From the NCBI RefSeq assembly GCF_009834535.1, contig NC_045696.1:2420001-2484000 (forward strand): a DNA stretch of 64,000 nucleotides, in the 5' to 3' direction. The notes below the pieces were generated by a model, which saw only the letters and a program-made list of their open reading frames with translations, was not told the origin of the DNA and did not search any database. The DNA comes from Camelus ferus (lineage: Eukaryota). Positions 60,020 to 64,000 of this stretch are shown piece by piece; position 1 is the first letter of the stretch; every line of letters begins with the position of its first letter. Made by a program: the position numbers and the translations under genes.

Positions 60020-60660
60020 GTACATTCCAAACAATCGTAATTTAAACAGCATGGAACTGACAGAAAAATCAGACACACAGACTAACGGAACAGCATAGAG
60101 AACACAGAAATGGACCCACATGCACACAATTACCTGGCCTCTGGTGAGGGAGCCGAGAGCATGCAACAGGGAGAGGACAGTCTCTTCAACAAGCGGTGCT
60201 GGGAGAACCGGACGGCCACATGCGAACAAGTGAAGCTGGGCACTTAGGTCACACCAGACGCAGGAGTCAACGCAACGTGGTTGAAGATGCAGCGGCAAGC
60301 CTGGCGCTGCCAGCCTCCCAGAAGGAGACACAGGGGGAAAGCTCTGTGCCATTGGTCTTGGGATGATTTGACCCCAGAAGCTCAGGCAACCAAGGCAAGA
60401 TTAGAGAACTGGGGTGACAGCAAGCTGAGAAGGAAACGCTGACGGGGTGAGAAGGCGGCCAGTGGACGGGAGGAGCCCGCAGCTCTGCCAACGGGCTAAT
60501 GTGCAAAACCGGCGAGGAGCCCCTGAGCTCAGCAGCAGAAATAGCTAATAACTTGATTGAAAAGTGGGCTAAAGACTTGAATAGACACGTCTCCAAAGAC
60601 ACACAAATGGCCAGCAGGTGCAGGAAAAGGCACACAGTGAGCGTCACTAGTGATCAGGGG
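60020..60660 (+). mobile_element. LINE-1 ORF2 3' region, opposite orientation (inverted part)
   Basis: 'aacagcatggaactg', 'ggaacagcatagaga', 'agtctcttcaacaagcggtgctggga'; ORF 60499+ 'NNLIEKWAKDLNRHVSKDTQMASR' matches L1 ORF2. Confidence 0.9.
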
Positions 60661-63254
60661 CCGAGCTCTGGACGTCCGGGCGCCGCCGGGCTGGCTGAGC
60701 TGCTGTGTGGTCACGCTGCCCACGTCCAGACGCCGCTTGGCCACTTCTCATGTCCTGTGTTGGGCGGGGAGTCATCTAAGGAGCTGAGTCTCAATTTCCC
60801 CACCTGCCAATGAGAGGGATCGCGGTGCTGGCCTCTGTGGGAGTGGGCAGACATGAGGTGGTGTGTGTGGTGCTCGGTGCCGGCGGCTCCCTACGCGGGT
60901 GGACCGCTGTGTTCGCGCCACCTCCCAGCCCCGGGGAGGTGTGCTGAGCTCCCCCGACAGCGGGGTGACCTTGGAGCCAACGGCGTGCCCGGCTGTGGGC
61001 AGACGCTCCCGCCTCCCATGGCCTCCGGCTCTTGCGCTGGTGGATCCTGAGCTCCTGCTGGGAGATTGGCTGTGTGCTGTCCGTCTGTCCATCCATCTGC
61101 TTCTTTTTCTCAGGCATCCACTTGGCTACACACTTCACAGCTGCTTCTTCACCCAGCCCCCAGGATGGCTCCTTCTGCCCGTCTCATAGACGAGAACAGA
61201 GGCAGGCATGGTGACTTGCTTGAGACCACACAGATTGGTAGAATTTGGGGAGTAAAATCTAACAGGCCGTGGGGTTACAGAGCGCTCCAAGATCACAAGT
61301 CGTCACGGCAATGCCGGGCCCCTGCAGTGTCCCCAGGGTCCTTGCATGCAGGGGGTCTTCTGAGCCCCGAGACCGAGGAACAGGGACACTGTGGAGCACG
61401 GTGGCTCCTGGCACCCGCCAGGCTTCCTGCCTCAGGGGCGGGCGCCCGCACTCACACTCCCGATGAGAGGCTCTCCCTGAAGTGTTAGGGCCCCCTGGCG
61501 AGCTCCATGTTTTCTGAAGTGAGGACGCCTCCCGCGCGCACTGAGGTGCCTCCTGAATCCAGGGCTTCCCACTCAGGGTGGAGGCGCAGGGGGAGTCACG
61601 CCGCCTCCCATGCGGACACGGGAGCCTTGGCGTCCGATGTTCGGTTCCTTTGCGGTCGCACGACCCTGGACGAGTTACGTAAGGCCTGGGAGGGCGGGGA
61701 GCCCCTTCTCGTTCGCTGTCAGTGAGGAGGGACGGGATGGCGGGGCACCATTAGGTCACAGCGGACGCGCACCCACCATGGAGCTCGGCCCACCACCTGG
61801 ACCAGCCCAGACCCAGGCTGGCAGCTCTGAGCTGGGTGAGGGGAGCCGGCTAGTGAAGTCAGGGCCGAGGCGAGGGAGGTGTCCCTAGTGCCCACGCCCA
61901 GATGGTGTCCCCCCGAGGCCGTGGGCTGGACGCCTCCTCTCTTGAGCTGAAAGGCTCTGGGAATCAGCTGCCCTGTCTCAGCAAGGGAGAGGGGGCTCCC
62001 TGGAAGCAGGTGTCAGAAGCCCACGGGGAAAGTTGGGGGAAAGGGGCAGTTTTCTGGGAGGTGTGGGAGGGGCCTGGTAAGATGCAGGCCTGCATGCCCC
62101 TGGGCTCTGCTCTGACGGAAGGAGAGGCATCCAGAACAGACCGCAATCCCTCTTGGGAACTAGAAGGTCCAGCACACACATTCTGGTGTGTCCAGAATGC
62201 TAGACGCTCAGGGCCTGGGAGTGACTGGCTCTGAGGCTCAGGGAGACCCCTGGGGCTGGGCCTACGTGGTGACTGTGGCCACGATGTGGCCTGTGGGCCC
62301 AGGACGCACTCCTCCCCGTGTCGGCAGGCCTCCCAGCTGGCAGCTGGGCTGCGTGTCCTTGGCTCTGACGAGCCGCAGCACGTGGTAGCCTTGGCCCCCC
62401 GTGGCTGCTCACATCCCCGCGCACAGATGGACGTGGGGTGGCATCTGCAGGGTGCCCATCCATCCTCCAGGGTTGTCACTTTGGGGGCCTTCTCAGGGCA
62501 GCCTCCGAGGGAGAAGGTGCCTGTAAAGCCCCAGCCGGGTGAGGGCACAAGACCCTCCCTTCCGCGGTGGGAGTGACAGCTAGAGGATGCTCACAACAAG
62601 CAGGGTGCCCCCTCCGTCCCCGCCCAGGGGGCATGCACAGCTGGCCCCACTGCTCCCGCTGCTCTTGGGCTGGGGGCATGCTCCCCGATGGCCTCTGCCC
62701 TGGCCTGGGCTCCCACAGGCCTCTTGCTGCCTGAGGAGGCAGGACTGCGGCTGGGCTCCTGGGCTCTCGTCCAGTCCATCACTGTCCATCCAGACCCCCA
62801 GCCTATCACCCCGGGCCTGGCTAGTGCCCCTCCCCTACCGTGCACCCCCTGTCCTGTGTGCTGGGGGTCCCCAGAGCCACCCTGCAGCCAGGCGCCCGAG
62901 GCCAAGGAGATGGAGACGCTGGTGCAGCCCCAGAACACAAACATCGATCATTCGGCTTTTCAAACTTCAGCAGTCTTTAAAGTCTTTCTTTTTCTCTTTT
63001 GATTCAGGGTCTTAATGGGAGCCCAGGCATTCCAAGGACCATTTAATATTTAAACAGTTGCCTCCACTTTGAAGGTCATCCCAGAGTGCAGGGGTGTGGA
63101 GCTGGACGTGAGGCAGAGCCAGGGCTGCAGTGTGGGAGGAGGCCTCCCAGGGACTCGGGAAGGGACACAGGGTAAGGATGTGGGAGGTGGAGATGGGAGG
63201 ATCCCCGCCTTGGCCCCTGACTGCTCATGAGTCCTGGGATCCAGCAAGAGCCTT

Positions 63255-63320
63255 GTCTCTACCTCAGTGTCCCCATCTGAGAAGTGGGTCCTTGAATGCC
63301 TTCTACGACCCGGGGAACAA
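63255..63320. mobile_element. MIR core fragment
   Basis: 'tctctacctcagtgtccccatctgagaagtggg'. Confidence 0.6.
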
Positions 63321-64000
63321 AGCAAACCCATGAAGGGAGAGAGGCGGTGGGACTGGGCTGGGGGGAACAGCACTTGGTTGCAAAGGAAATCAGTGCAAGG
63401 GGGCGGAGCCTGGCGCCCACCCCCTCTTGCCCCGCCCCCTTCACTCCACTTCCCGGTACCCTGGAGTCCTTCTGTCTGTGTGTCCTGGTGCTTGCCCACC
63501 GGTCACCGCCCTATATGCGCAGGGGCTCACGGGAAAGTGTGCCCTTTAGAATCAGAAACAAATTCAGTTTATTTGTTGTTTCAGTTGAAAAATCTTGTAA
63601 ATGTAAAAATAGTCCTCAAAAGCTTGTACTTTATTTTTTTACTTTGAGAAAGAACTTTTGGAATTTTCCCATTTAAGACACACTCAGAAAGAATGAAGGT
63701 TCAAGTTCACTCGATCGTATCCTCCTGTGGTTTTTGTGCCTCTCAAGGCTAATTCTAAACTTGGAACAAAAACGTTTGGGTGGATTCTGAGAAAACACAG
63801 CCCAGTCCGGCACGAGGTTTCTAGTGGGAAGGAAGCGCCGGGCGGCAGGCCGGCTGAGCAGTCAGGCCCGGGCCATCCTGCGGTGCGGCCAGGTCCGCCC
63901 ACGGCGGCCAGGACTGGACACTGCTTTTAGGGAGACAGGACCTGGGGGGTTCTTGCTGCTTCCTGGGGCCGCTGTTTCCTGCAGGTGCTTCCAAGTCCCC

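Overview
This is mammalian genomic DNA. It is most likely camelid, based on one tRNA-derived SINE of Vic-1 type, cetartiodactyl-style L1 3' ends, and no Alu, B1, Bov-tA or PRE1. The first ~6.7 kb is AT-rich and dominated by a decayed LINE-1. The rest is very GC- and CpG-rich and reads like intergenic or intronic sequence from a high-GC isochore. I cannot support any host protein-coding gene, RNA gene or CRISPR array. The ORF track is mostly GC-rich noise plus L1 ORF1/ORF2 remnants. Recognisable content is transposable-element debris (L1, MIR, MaLR MLT1, MLT2, MER21-like and ERV1-like solo LTRs) and simple repeats; family names come from memory of consensus sequences, not from a search. The most notable structure is a non-TE inverted repeat at ~29.95-31.96 kb. 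Its inner arms are 222 bp with 3 mismatches around a 979-bp spacer, and they sit inside older, more diverged outer arms, the pattern expected of a gene-converted, potentially invertible segment. A second clear structure is an L1 with a 5' inversion (twin-priming geometry) at 59.5-60.7 kb.
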